From: Batkoa obscura
Lineage: Eukaryota
Reading direction: 5' to 3'
Assembly (NCBI GenBank): GCA_030770535.1
Contig: JASVEC010000018.1
Location: 434,001 to 498,000 of the forward strand
DNA: 64,000 nucleotides
The notes beneath the pieces were generated by a model. That model saw only the letters and a list, made by a program, of their open reading frames with translations, did no database searches and had not been told where the DNA came from. The stretch's first letter is position 1, and each line of letters starts with the position of its first letter. A program made the translations under genes and the position numbers. This document shows, one piece after another, positions 1 to 11,847 of the stretch.

Positions 1-589
1 TAATTTTTCTATCATTAATTATATATCGATACTTAACCGATTATATAATTATCAAAGTACATACAGGATGCTTAGTTTAAAAAATAGTATACTGTTTAAG
101 TTCTACAAAGTTATATTCTAAAAAACTTGAAAACTGAATCAGAATAAAAGCGCAGCTTTATACTTTACTAGGGAAAGGAATCAAAATAAAAGTCATATAG
201 TTTTTACTCATCCATCATGTAATAGGCTTTAGTTTATACGTGTTAAATAAAAATATTTTATTTATATAACTTTTGGTGTCTTTATATATAACATTTCTAG
301 CGTTTACTATGTTTGTAATGATATTTCTTACTCCTTTAACTGATTTGATACCAACTATAAATTAATGTTTTAATTGGTAGCTTTCAGGTGATAAAAAATT
401 TAATTCGAAAATTTAAACTTGGACTTTTTTACAACTTTAGTATTTGAAGTAGATTCATAAAGGTGACTATTAGCTTAAATTTAACTATTTAATAAAGAAG
501 AATCCAATACTTAGCATCTAGTATTTGTACACATACTAATTTTAACAATTTTAGGAATTTTAAAAAAGTTTTTAATAAATTAAAAAATC

Positions 590-1971
590 ATGGGTAAATG
601 ATCAATTATTATAAAGTGAATAGCTTTTTAAATTCTATTATAGGCAAGAAAAAGGGAGGACAAAAAATGTCATTAAATGACTTCTTAAGCGCAGGAGGTA
701 GAAACAATTCAAAGATGTCAAAAATAAATATTTAAATTAATTTATAGGACCTGAAGAGGCTCCTGGCTCCTGGGCAGATGAGATGATGGATCTTCCTACT
801 GCTCGTAATTTTTGTTTTTATTTAATATGTAATCATGCTTATTTATAATTCTATAGCTGCCTCTGCCGCCGTTGACAGTATAATTTATTCCAACTCTTTA
901 ATTGTAGTATTAAATTAATATTTTAAAAGGAGATTCATTACCAAGTGGTCCTCGTGGAGCTTCAAACCGTTTTAGCGGTAAACTAATTTCAAATGTAAAA
1001 TAAGGAAAACTAAAATAAAATAGATCGTCCAAGAAAAGAGTATGAATCAGCTCCAAGAAATAGACGTGAAGGCCCAGTAGAGTTACCAACAAGCGCACCT
1101 TATATTGCTTATGTTGCTAACTTATCTTACAGTTTAACTGAACAAGATTTAAGAGATTTTTTCGCTGATTCAAAAGTAAAAAGAGTATTATTAATCATTT
1201 AGTAAATTAACTATTTTAAAGGTATTAAGTGTACGCATTCCTATCAATCATGAAAATCAAAAACCACGTGGTTTCGCTTATGTTGAATTTGAAGATGTAG
1301 AATCATTATCTAAAGCTATCGATTTGACCGATAAAGTAATATATAACAATAATAATAATAACAATAATATAACAATAAATAGGAATTACATGGACGTTCT
1401 GTTTTTATTAATGTAGCTGAACGTAAGACAATTGAACTATTAGCAAATAACATTTAATTAAAGAATAAAATAGAAAAAGAAAGAGCACCAAGTGAAAGAA
1501 ATGACCCATGGAGACGTGATAATCCAGTTGTAACTGAAGCTCCCAAAGCATCTGAAACTGCCAACTTCTGGCGTAGAGATGGGCCAGCTGAGTCATCTTC
1601 ACCAAGAAATTCAGGATTTAGTAATCGCCGATTTGAGCCACGCGAAAACTCAGATCGTCGATTTGAACCTCGTGAACGTGAACCCCGTGCTGCTGCTCCG
1701 TCTTCCTTTGCTGATGGTGTCTCTGACTGGCGTAGTGGAGGCTCAGGTAACTAAATTTAAGTTTAGATGATTGTAATTAATATATATTAGCTAACAAAAC
1801 TAATGTTTTCTCTAATAATCGTAATTCACAACCAAAAGGAGGTAAATTTAATAAATTATTATTGTTGTACACTATTAACTTTAAAAAATAGATGATAATA
1901 GGTTTGGATCATCCAGTGGAGGAGTACGTAAAAAACTAGAACTTCTTCCAAGAAGTAAACCAAGTGAATAA
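590..1971 (+). CDS. TIF3: Translation initiation factor eIF4B (RRM), multi-exon
   Basis: Manual splicing gives MGKKKGGQKMSLNDFL..SWADEM, an RRM (PYIAYVANLSY..KPRGFAYVEF), an RG/DW-rich region and C-terminal RKKLELLPRS. About 10 short GT-AG introns. Not captured by the ORF track. Confidence 0.85.
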
Positions 1972-2152
1972 TAGAATTTGACTAGTATTATTTTAATGCA
2001 TTATTTATTTTTGAACTCTATTAAAATATGATATATAATGCCATTATTTTGTTTTACTATCTATTCAATGTGTTTATATTTTAATTTTAAAATAGATCGG
2101 TTAAATACGGTTAGAAAACAACTTTATTAGATTAAAATAATGAATATCAACC

Positions 2153-3680
2153 TTATTCTATCTTTATACTATTAGAATCATATTCATTGTTATTATTATT
2201 AGAATCGTATTCACTATTACTAGTATTATTCCTACTAAGTAAGCTTATAAGTTGACTAATTTGTTGAGAATTATCTAAACAAATATTTTGCAATTGTTGA
2301 ATTTCATTGTGAAGTTTATCTTGATTCAATAATAGAGATTGTATTTGATTAGTAATGATTTCCATTTCTTTATCCATATTCTTAGTAGAATTAACCACTT
2401 GGCCATCGCTGTTAACATGTAATTCTCCAGCTAACTCAATTTCAATATCTTCTACCATTTCCGTTAAACTTTGGTTTGGTTGTTCTTGAGAAAATTGTAG
2501 CATATCAATTTTTCTTCTTTTTAATACATCCCAAACTACAGTAAAATTTCGACCAACAATAACAGAAGGTAAGGCAATTAATAAAATACCTAGCATCATC
2601 AATGGAAATGCAATCACTTTACCTAGAAAAGTAGATGGTACAATATCTCCATAACCAGTGGTTGTAATGGTCACGATAACAAACCAGAACGCTGCTGGTA
2701 TAGAATCAAAAGCACTGGGCACCCCGTGAGAAGTTAAAAAAGTTTTACGTTCATCACTCCATGACCCTCTTTCTGCAAAATATAAAAAGGTAGAAAATAG
2801 TACAATGGTAATTAACATAAAAAACAATAATGCAGCTAATGCATCCACAGATTTTTTAACGGCTATTAACATTACTTCGATACTTAATTGAAGTAAATTG
2901 GAGTATTTATATGCTCTGAATAAACGAAATAAACGAAATACTCGTAATATAGTAAATCGAAACTCAACAGAAGTATCTTGTGAAATTAACAACATAACAT
3001 AATAAGGTATAATAGAGAAAAAATCTAAAATGGTCAATGGGGATATAAGAAACTCTAATAGTTGTTTAGTTGTATGTGAATGAGCTACTACTCTTAAAGC
3101 TAATTCTATAGTGAATAATAACATCACTAATAATTCCAAAACAAACCTAAATAATATTAGAAACCTTCGTACTACTAAACAAAAAGGCATAGCTTACCAA
3201 ATAGACCATTTCAATTCTCTAATCGAAGGAATAGTTTCAATTGTTGTTAATAAAACAGAAAAGATAATGAGAGCAGCCAGCGATAAATTAAAAATTAAAG
3301 CCAAATTACTTGAAGATGGATCTTCCATAATTAGATATAGATCTCTTTTCCATGTATTCTACTTTTTTGGTTATTTTTAATTATGTTTGATCATAAGAAT
3401 TTACCGTTGATAAGTGGGAATGGGTATGATGATAGCCAAAATTACCATCTTCCATTTCAGCTACAATTTCATTTTCTTCTTCTATATCTATCACTCGATT
3501 GTTTTTATTAGGTGATGTACGAAGTGTATTTTCAAGCTTTGATGCAGATAAATTAGAGTATATTTTCGGCCTATTTAAGCTTGGTGATTGTGGATTAGAA
3601 GGTACATCAAATTGACTCATTCCAATACTTGTATCATCCTCTGCTAGATAATTATAGCCATTTGTTTTTTTTGCTGACAT
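2153..3680 (-). CDS. Voltage-gated potassium channel (6TM, Kv-like), 3 exons
   Basis: Selectivity filter TTTGYGD; S4 RFTILRVFRLFRLFRAYK; pore helix SIPAAFWFVIVT. Middle exon (~3197-3358) reads WKRDLYLIMEDPSSS..IETIP. C-terminal coiled coil. Confidence 0.93.
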
Positions 3681-4228
3681 GGAGCGTGGCCTGTTTTTTT
3701 TATATATAATCAATGCGACGTTTTTTGTTAGTGATGGTGGATTGTAATAAAAGGTTAACTTAATGGTTTTCTCAAAGAATTTTGTTTCACTTTTTTATTA
3801 AATATAGTATTGATTTAGGGGGATTTTTGGACCAATAGAGTTTTAAAAAGCTAAATGGATTAAGTAAACTAAAGAATTGATGTCTATTTATAATTTTTAA
3901 AAAGTATTTATAAACTTTAAATAATGACAGAAATAAAAAAGATAATGTCATATATTAAAAAAGTATTTATTAAGTTCAAATAAATTTTATCTAATAAAAT
4001 AAATGAAAATACATTATTACAGCTAATAATGTGTTGATTTTTATATAGTCATCATGCTATGATTACTATCTACGAAAACTAGCACATAATTTAACTTTTA
4101 ACAAATCAAACGGAACTTCATAGCAAAAAAACGGAATTCAATTTATGGGAATTAATAACAATTAGCTTAAATAAGCAAAAAATATCAAAATAATACTTCA
4201 AATTGAATCACTAATTTAATATTACAAG

Positions 4229-5668
4229 ATGAATAACAATGAACTTGAAACCAAAAAAGTAAGTAATAATAGATAAATATATAGGAATTGATATTTAATG
4301 AGTGAAATAGAAAGATCAAGAGAGACAGAGAGATGCTACTTATTTCCATTATTATTCTTTATTAACGCATCAGGTAATTAAAAAAATCAATTAATTATGA
4401 ATTAATAAATTAATGAACAAATAAAATAGCAAAATATGTTACAAGATATGGTGCGCACCTCCACTTATCAAAAAGCAATTTTACAAAATCCGCAAATTTA
4501 TTTAAATAAAACAGTGATGGACGTAGGAGCAGGTAACTTTTGCAAATCAACATGTAAAATTTCAACTTGTTAATTCCAATAACCAATTGTTAGGTTCAGG
4601 TATCTTGTCTTATTTTGCTGTAAAAGCAGGAGCCAAAGTTATTGCTGTTGAAGCTAGTAATATGGCATTAAAATTACAAAAGATGATTTATAGTGCTAGT
4701 CAACAACATGGAATTGAAGCTAAAAATAATTGGTTAGATGGTAATATTAAAGTTATTAATAGTAAAATTGAAGAAGTAGAATTACCTCCAAATTGTATTG
4801 ATACAATTATTTCTGAACCTATTGGTGTATTTATTGTACATGAAAGAATGGTAAATATGAATTAATAATAGTTAAAGTAATAATTTATTATATATTTTAA
4901 TTATAGGTTGAATCCTTTTTATATGCTAGAGGTAAATTAATAAATAAGACAGTTATCTTATTCAATATTAATTAAATATTAGATAATTTTTTAAAGCCTG
5001 GTGGTACAATGGTACCTTCCCAAGCTTCCCTTTATTTAGCGCCATTTACAGATACGAATTTATGGGGTGATACTAAATTAAAAACAAGATTTTGGGAACA
5101 AAGTGACTTTTACGGGGTAGATTTAACACCTTTAAAACAAGATGCAATTGATGAACAATTTTCAATGCCAGTAATAGGATATTTTGATCCCCAATGTTTA
5201 TTATTACTACCCATGGAAGGTTATCCGATGGATTTTACAACAATTACAATGGAACAATTAAAACAGTTTGAAATACCTATTCATTGGAAATTTGAATATA
5301 CTGGTATTATTCATGGCATTGCTTCTTGGTTTGATTTACATTTTAATGTTGAAAATGGTAATAATTTTACAATGAGCACCTCACCACATAGTGAACGTAC
5401 TCATTGGCAACAATTAAGATTATTATTAAAAGAACCAATTGCAGTGAATATAGGTCAATCATTACAAGGTAGTTTAAAGTTTGAAGTGAATAACATGAGA
5501 AGTTATAATATTGAAGCCAATATTACTCTCTATTCAAAAGATAACATGCCAATCTTGAAACATCAGTTTATTTGGTATTTACATGAACAAACTTATAATT
5601 ATAATTATCTTGGACCTAGTTTAGAATTGAAACCAGAACAATTAGGATTTTATGAGTCAAATAATTAA
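4229..5668 (+). CDS. CARM1: Protein arginine methyltransferase, CARM1/PRMT4 type, multi-exon
   Basis: [43 protein letters not shown], double-E loop [17 protein letters not shown] loop (THWQQLR). Confidence 0.88.
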
Positions 5669-5993
5669 TAATATTGTTTTATTTTATAAAAAGATTTTAA
5701 ATTTGCGATGCTATTTTATCATATATTTTATAGAACTATATAATTTTTTAAAATAAAATTATACAGATTATCTCATTATTTATCTTTTGGTTTTTTTGAT
5801 TTTTAATTTTTTAATTACCTTTTTATATTCAAATTCCGTGACTTTTTAAAAAATCAACTTAATTTAGTAATCTAAATTTGGATTAGGATTGGTAGATATT
5901 TGTCCCATAATAAATTGAATTAATTGAATAAAAAATTATTTTCAATGGTAACAATAAAATCATTATTTTTTTACTAACAAAAATATAACTAAG

Positions 5994-6829
5994 ATGGGAA
6001 AGGTCAAGAAAGAAAAAACAATTAAAAAGAAAGAGAAGAAAACTAAAGAAGGAAAGGAAAAGGTTATAGTTGTAAAGAAAGAACCATTAAGTGGGGAATT
6101 TTTCAATGTTAAAATTAAATGCTATCTTTCTTTATCCCCTCAATATTCAAATGATATTTCGGTTGGTATTAACGAATTTTTAAATACTTTTATCCTGAAG
6201 TAAGTTTATATAATTTTAAATTGATGTTAAGGATTTTTATGGAAATTTGTTATCGATAGCAATAATAATTAATTTTATTTATTAGATATATGAGTCAATT
6301 AGATGGTATTATACTAGCACATTCGGATACAAAATTGGTCGAAACTAAAGGAAAAATTCATTATGATTTACCATTTATTAATTTTTGGATAACCACCAAA
6401 TTACTAGTATGGCGACCCAAACAAGGAAGTAAATTAGGTAAATTTTTAAATAATCTTAAAAACTCAATTCAATTCAAAGTTAATTTATCAATTTTTCCTT
6501 TATACAGTGGGTACAATAACTATGCAATCAGCTGATCATATTGGCTTAATATTACATAATACTTTTAATGCTTCGATTCCAGCTTCAGAAATACCAAAAG
6601 ATTTGTATCTTTGGAAAACTCAAACTGGAGATTATTCAAGTGGAGAATGGGTAGAAGTTAGTAATAATAAACCGCTTTCTGCTAAAAAAAGTATTGAGTT
6701 TTATGTTAAAGAGTAAGAGTATTTGAGAAATCGATTTAATATTGAGTTTAATATTGATTTTTTAGATTGCAAACAACTAATGAAGTACTTACCGTTAATG
6801 GTTCCCTTTTAAAACCGGATAAATTATAG
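5994..6829 (+). CDS. RPA43: RNA polymerase I subunit A43 (RPB7/SHS2 family), 4 exons
   Basis: YLSLSPQY..LDGIILAHSD..PFINFWITTKLLVWRPKQGSKL-VGTITMQSADHIGLILHNTFNASIP. A short upstream ATG exon at 5945 is possible. Confidence 0.85.
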
Positions 6830-7557
6830 ATTTTCATATGTTATTTATTCTGTTTTTTTATAGATGATTATTTTACTTTAATAAAAAAGATGTATAATTT
6901 AATAAGTATTATTGACAGTCTTAGTTTTAGATAGATCTTCATATTTTTCATGCTTTGCTTTGTCTAAAAGTGGATAAACAATTAAATACAAAAAACAAAC
7001 TCTCAAAAAAGTTCAAAAGTCAAAATATAAACCAAACTAACAAATCGATTTTTATTATTTTTAGTGTTTTTGAACTTACTTATGCCGTGTATTGTTATGA
7101 ATTGATGTTATTGAAGCAAGTATTAGTAAAATTACCCTACTGATACTAATCCAAAGTAGTAATAGTTATCCAGCTTATAAGGCTATAAATGTCTAATTAT
7201 AGTGTAGAAAAAGAAATCTTCTATTGTTTAGTAATATAATAGCTTTCGACCATGGAGTAATAATCGATTCAACACTTAGTAAATATTGAAATTCGATATA
7301 TAAATTGGCTATTTTAACTGTATAACTAAGTCTGAAATAAAAGTTGTAATTAGATTATTCCTATAATGTGTTCTTATTGTTTCATGCAAAGAGTGTCTTT
7401 TATTTCGAATTAGAAATCCAGTTTAACTGAATATTGAGGCTTAATTCACAGAAAATAAAATTGCTTCAAATTCTAAAATTTAAAATTGGTTTAACCAATA
7501 AAAAGAAGCTTGACGTTTGAATTCTAACACCTTGAATTTTGAATTGAAATTTTGAAT

Positions 7558-7563
7558 ACGCGT
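7558..7563. promoter_or_regulatory. MCB-like box (ACGCGT) in the H2A promoter, with flanking CCAAT boxes and TATAAA near 7673
   Basis: Exact ACGCGT about 200 nt upstream of the H2A ATG, in CpG-poor DNA. Confidence 0.45.
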
Positions 7564-7758
7564 TTTCAATCTTAGCGTTTAATTGGCTAATTTCGATTCC
7601 AAAATTGAAGTATTTCAATCTCAATCTCAATTTGAATTTTAATTTGATAGTGATTAAACGTTCAAAAAAAGTATAAAAAAGCCAACAATTGACTGGTATC
7701 AATTATTTTTAAAAATCTACATCAATTTAACTTTTAATTAACAAACTTAAACTACAAA

Positions 7759-8157
7759 ATGTCAGGAAAAGGAAAAGCATCACAAACTGCCGAAGTAACT
7801 GGACGTTCTCGTTCTGCTAAAGCTGGATTACAATTTCCAGTTGGTCGTCTCCATCGTCATTTAAAAAATGGTAACTATGCTCAACGTATTGCTGCTGGTG
7901 CTCCCGTTTACCTTGCCTCTGTGTTAGAATATTTAACTGCTGAAATTCTTGAATTAGCTGGTAATGCTTGCAGAGATAACAAAAAAACTCGTATTACTCC
8001 TCGTCATCTTCAACTTGCCATTCGTAATGATGAAGAGTTAAATAAATTACTTGGTCATGTTACTATTGCCCAAGGTGGTGTATTACCAAATATCCATGGT
8101 GTCCTCCTTCCAGGTACTAAAAAAGGAAAGAAAGATGAATCTTCCCAAGATATTTAA
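7759..8157 (+). CDS. HTA1: Histone H2A with C-terminal SQ(D)I motif (H2A.X type), intronless
   Basis: [37 protein letters not shown]; ends in SSQDI. Confidence 0.98.
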   Translation: MSGKGKASQTAEVTGRSRSAKAGLQFPVGRLHRHLKNGNYAQRIAAGAPVYLASVLEYLTAEILELAGNACRDNKKTRITPRHLQLAIRNDEELNKLLGHVTIAQGGVLPNIHGVLLPGTKKGKKDESSQDI

Positions 8158-8564
8158 ATTTATAAAGGCTATATTGTATATTTATTAGCAGAATTAAAAT
8201 TTGATATTATTTAAAATAAAATTAAGATAAAACAAATGAAGACATTTTTAGTATTTTATTAAGAATTATTATAAACATAATCTGTAACATTTATAAATCC
8301 ATTACATGCTAAGATAGATTGAACAATTAACAATTTCCAGCTTAATTAAATAGATGGCTTTTGTACTCAAGTTAGTTGTTTTAAGAATTGAATAGTAACT
8401 AAGTAACCCTATCTATGCAATAGAGCTTAAATTTCTCGCTTTAATGATATTAATTATCTCTAGATTAACCTTTTTAGTCCGATTATCTTACATCAATAAT
8501 CATTTGAGAATACTAAGTCCAAGTTTTATAAAGCAAAAGTAGTATATCAAAAGAAAAAGAAAAG

Positions 8565-11500
8565 ATGCGCGATATGAGTTTTGAAATTGGAATCTAAATA
8601 TAAGCATAAATATAAAATTTGTTTGTAATTTTTAGTACTATTCCTTTTTTATAGGGATTCAGTTGGAAAATTTCAAATATTACAGCATCAAAATAAAGCA
8701 ACTTTTTAAATCGTTACCCAATCACAAGAGCTTAGTTAAATTAGATTTTAAGTAAAATAAACAACATAATAAATGTTCCACTTTTATTATATTAACTAGA
8801 ATGAAGCAAAGGAATCAACTAATACATTGGTATTCGATTCAAAATGGACTTAAAGATATTGCGAATATGAATAGTTTGGAATTGATTGTGAAAAGTAAGT
8901 AATTTAAATTATTTTTTTAATCGAAATAACATCAAAGAAATCAACCATTGTAAAAAGAAAAAATCATACAATCAACTGATATTTTATTAGAAGATCAAAT
9001 TATTGTGATTAAAGAATATGATCGAATTTACTTATTGATTAATAAAAATAAAAAGGTTACATTAAGATTTGAAATGAAAATAATAGCGATGAAAGTTGAT
9101 GAACAGAATCTTGGGTTATGGATTTATTTGGAGAATCAAGAGGTCTATTTTATAGATTTGGAAGGAGTTATTTCAGAAAATAAACAAGAAATGGAAATTG
9201 ATTCTAAGACGAAATATTTTTTGTTTATGAAAGTAAATTTTATTTCTATGTTTTGATTTGATTGAGATTTATTTATTTTTAATAGTTGGATATTCAAAAG
9301 ATTAAATGTTATCAACAGATAGTGATATTTTGTTTTAATGAGCAAATTGAGATCTATGAGTTTCAGAAGAAAGAAGGAGAACATTTGATAAATTTAAAAT
9401 TACAATTTCATAATCGACTTCAAAAGATTAATAAAATTTTGATTATTGATAAGGATAATAAGGAGCTATTTAATTATTTGAATTTTGATAAGAATAGGTA
9501 ACCTATTTGGATTACTTTTTTTAATGAAAATTAATTGAGTTTTAGTTTCATGGAATACTTTCTATTAGTTACTACTACTTTCGGTACTTTGGCTATGTTT
9601 AGTATTGAATATAAAAATATGAAATGGGATTTGTATAAACAAGAAAGAGTATACACGTTTAAGGTAATCTTAATAGTTCAATAGTAAAATAAAAACGTTG
9701 CTAAAAATACTAATGATACAATAGAATTCAATAATAAATTTTCACTTAAAGTATAATCAATTAAAAGATAATATTCAATTGTTATTAATTGAAAAAATGG
9801 GTAATTTAATTGAATTAGAGATTAATTATAATTTAAAACGTAAATGTCAAATTCAAAAACAATGGAACTCATTAAATAATAAAGAAGAGGAAATTCAAAG
9901 TCATTATTTTATTATGGAAAATACAAAATTAATTATATTGAGTAATTTTAATTGTATCTATTTAGTGGATTTGAGGACACTTGAAAAGTTGTTGATTTAC
10001 AATGGTAAGTTTTTAAGGACTTTTTAGTATAATATATCGATTAACGAATATTTCATATAGACTATTGCAACACTATTGCTCAATTGGTAGTTCCTATTAA
10101 TAAAGAGTTAAAAAGAAATATTAATTTAATCAAATTTATTTGTCAAAATGGAAAATTAATTGAAAGAGAGTGCAATCTTAAAGACAATAATAGGATATTA
10201 AATAACAATACCAACAATGAAAAAGATATAAATAAAATAGTACAAAAATATCAACAGGAATATGAAGAAAAGGAAAAAATTGGAATTGAAGAAAAAGCTA
10301 TTAATAATTATTTAAATGATATTAGACAATCAATAGAATTCTGTTATATGATTTATAATAATAGTAATAATAATAGTAATTTTCAAGTATTGGTTGAACC
10401 ATTAATTAATGAAGCAAATTTTCAACAAGAATTGAATGTTAAAATTCAATTAATCTGCAATATTAGCATTAACATACCGTTGGGATGGAAACGTAAGTTA
10501 TGATTTTTCATTCAATATTCATTAATCTATAGCGTTAATTCTTATTTTTATGTTTAGTTTATATCAGTTGTAGGCCAAAGTTACCCTTTTTAGCAACGAC
10601 GGAGGATAATTTAATACCAATTGAAACGAAAATATATCATATTGATAATGAACTTACTAATGGAAAAAAAATTGAAGTTTTGTTTAATATTCAAGCTCAA
10701 CAAATTCTATGTTTGGAATTCAATATTGGATTTTATTATTGTTTAAATAAGAAAGAAGAAAAAAAAGAAATTGAAATTGAATTGAAAAATGATAATAGTT
10801 TAATTAATATAATAAATGATTTCTTAATAGCAAAAATCAATATTGATTTATTAAATTTTATTATGGTCAATAAAAAAGAGGTAATAGGATATGGAAATTA
10901 TTATAATCAATCTCAATTATTACCTAATAAAAATGAAATAAGGAGTTTGGTGAAATGTATAACAAATAAGCAGTTGAAGCTTCAAAAAAAAATAGAAGAA
11001 AAAGAAAGGCTAAAATTAATTAGTTTAAGTTTATTAGATTTCAAAGTTATAAAGTTAAATTTAAAACAGTTTCTAGCTTTGTTATTATTTAATGATGAGG
11101 ACTATGATTTCAATTTAATTAGTGGAAGTGAAGTGTAAGTTATCAATTGTTTATTTAAAATATCAATATTAACTTAATTTAATTATTTTATAATAGTAAT
11201 TTAGATTCCATTCAACTGAATTTTTATTTACCAAATAATGATGATAACAATAATCAATTATATTTTCAATTTAATTTGAGAATTGAATTAATTGATTTTA
11301 ATCAAATCAAAATAGAACTATCTAGTGATAATAAGAATAATTTATTAATTATAATGATATTACTAATTAGAAGGTTAAAATGTAGACCTTTTAATTGCGA
11401 AATTAAAAAAGGAGAGGATGGTAAGTGATAATATTAATATTAATAGTTTTATATTTAATTTAATTTAATTTAATTTTTTATTAGTATTCTTTAAAAAATG

Positions 11501-11834
11501 TAATGAGTTTGTTAAGATTCTTAATGAAAGGGAAAGTAAACAAAATGAGTTGGAAGTTAATAAAATAAGAATGGAAATTGTTGATTTATTACCAGAATTA
11601 AGGTTTAAAATGGAACCAAATGAAGATGTAGAGGAGGATAAGAAAGATAATGACTGTAACGATAAAAATCAAGATAAAGATAAAGACAAAAATAGTAAGA
11701 ATGATAAAGATGATAGTATAAAAGATAGTGATGATAGTATTCGAGAAACTAATAAAAGAAGAAAGAAGGAAAAAATGAAGAAAGAAAAAAATGAAAGTAA
11801 CAATACAAATCCAACGATAATAATATTAGACTAA
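8565..11834 (+). CDS. Large multi-exon protein with a beta-rich N-terminus, coiled coil and beta-sandwich; tentatively FAAP100-like. Start uncertain.
   Basis: Chain of + strand ORFs (9005-11834) linked by GT-AG introns. The segment KIQLICNISINIPLGWKL..KIYHIDNELTNGKKIEV..IGFYYCL..INIDLLNFI resembles the FAAP100 pattern as I recall it. Confidence 0.55.
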
Positions 11835-11847
11835 ATATTACATTTAT

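Noticed and set aside
910..1770. Short ORFs 910-1098, 1408-1605 and 1579-1770
   Set aside because: They are antisense or off-frame shadows of eIF4B exons.
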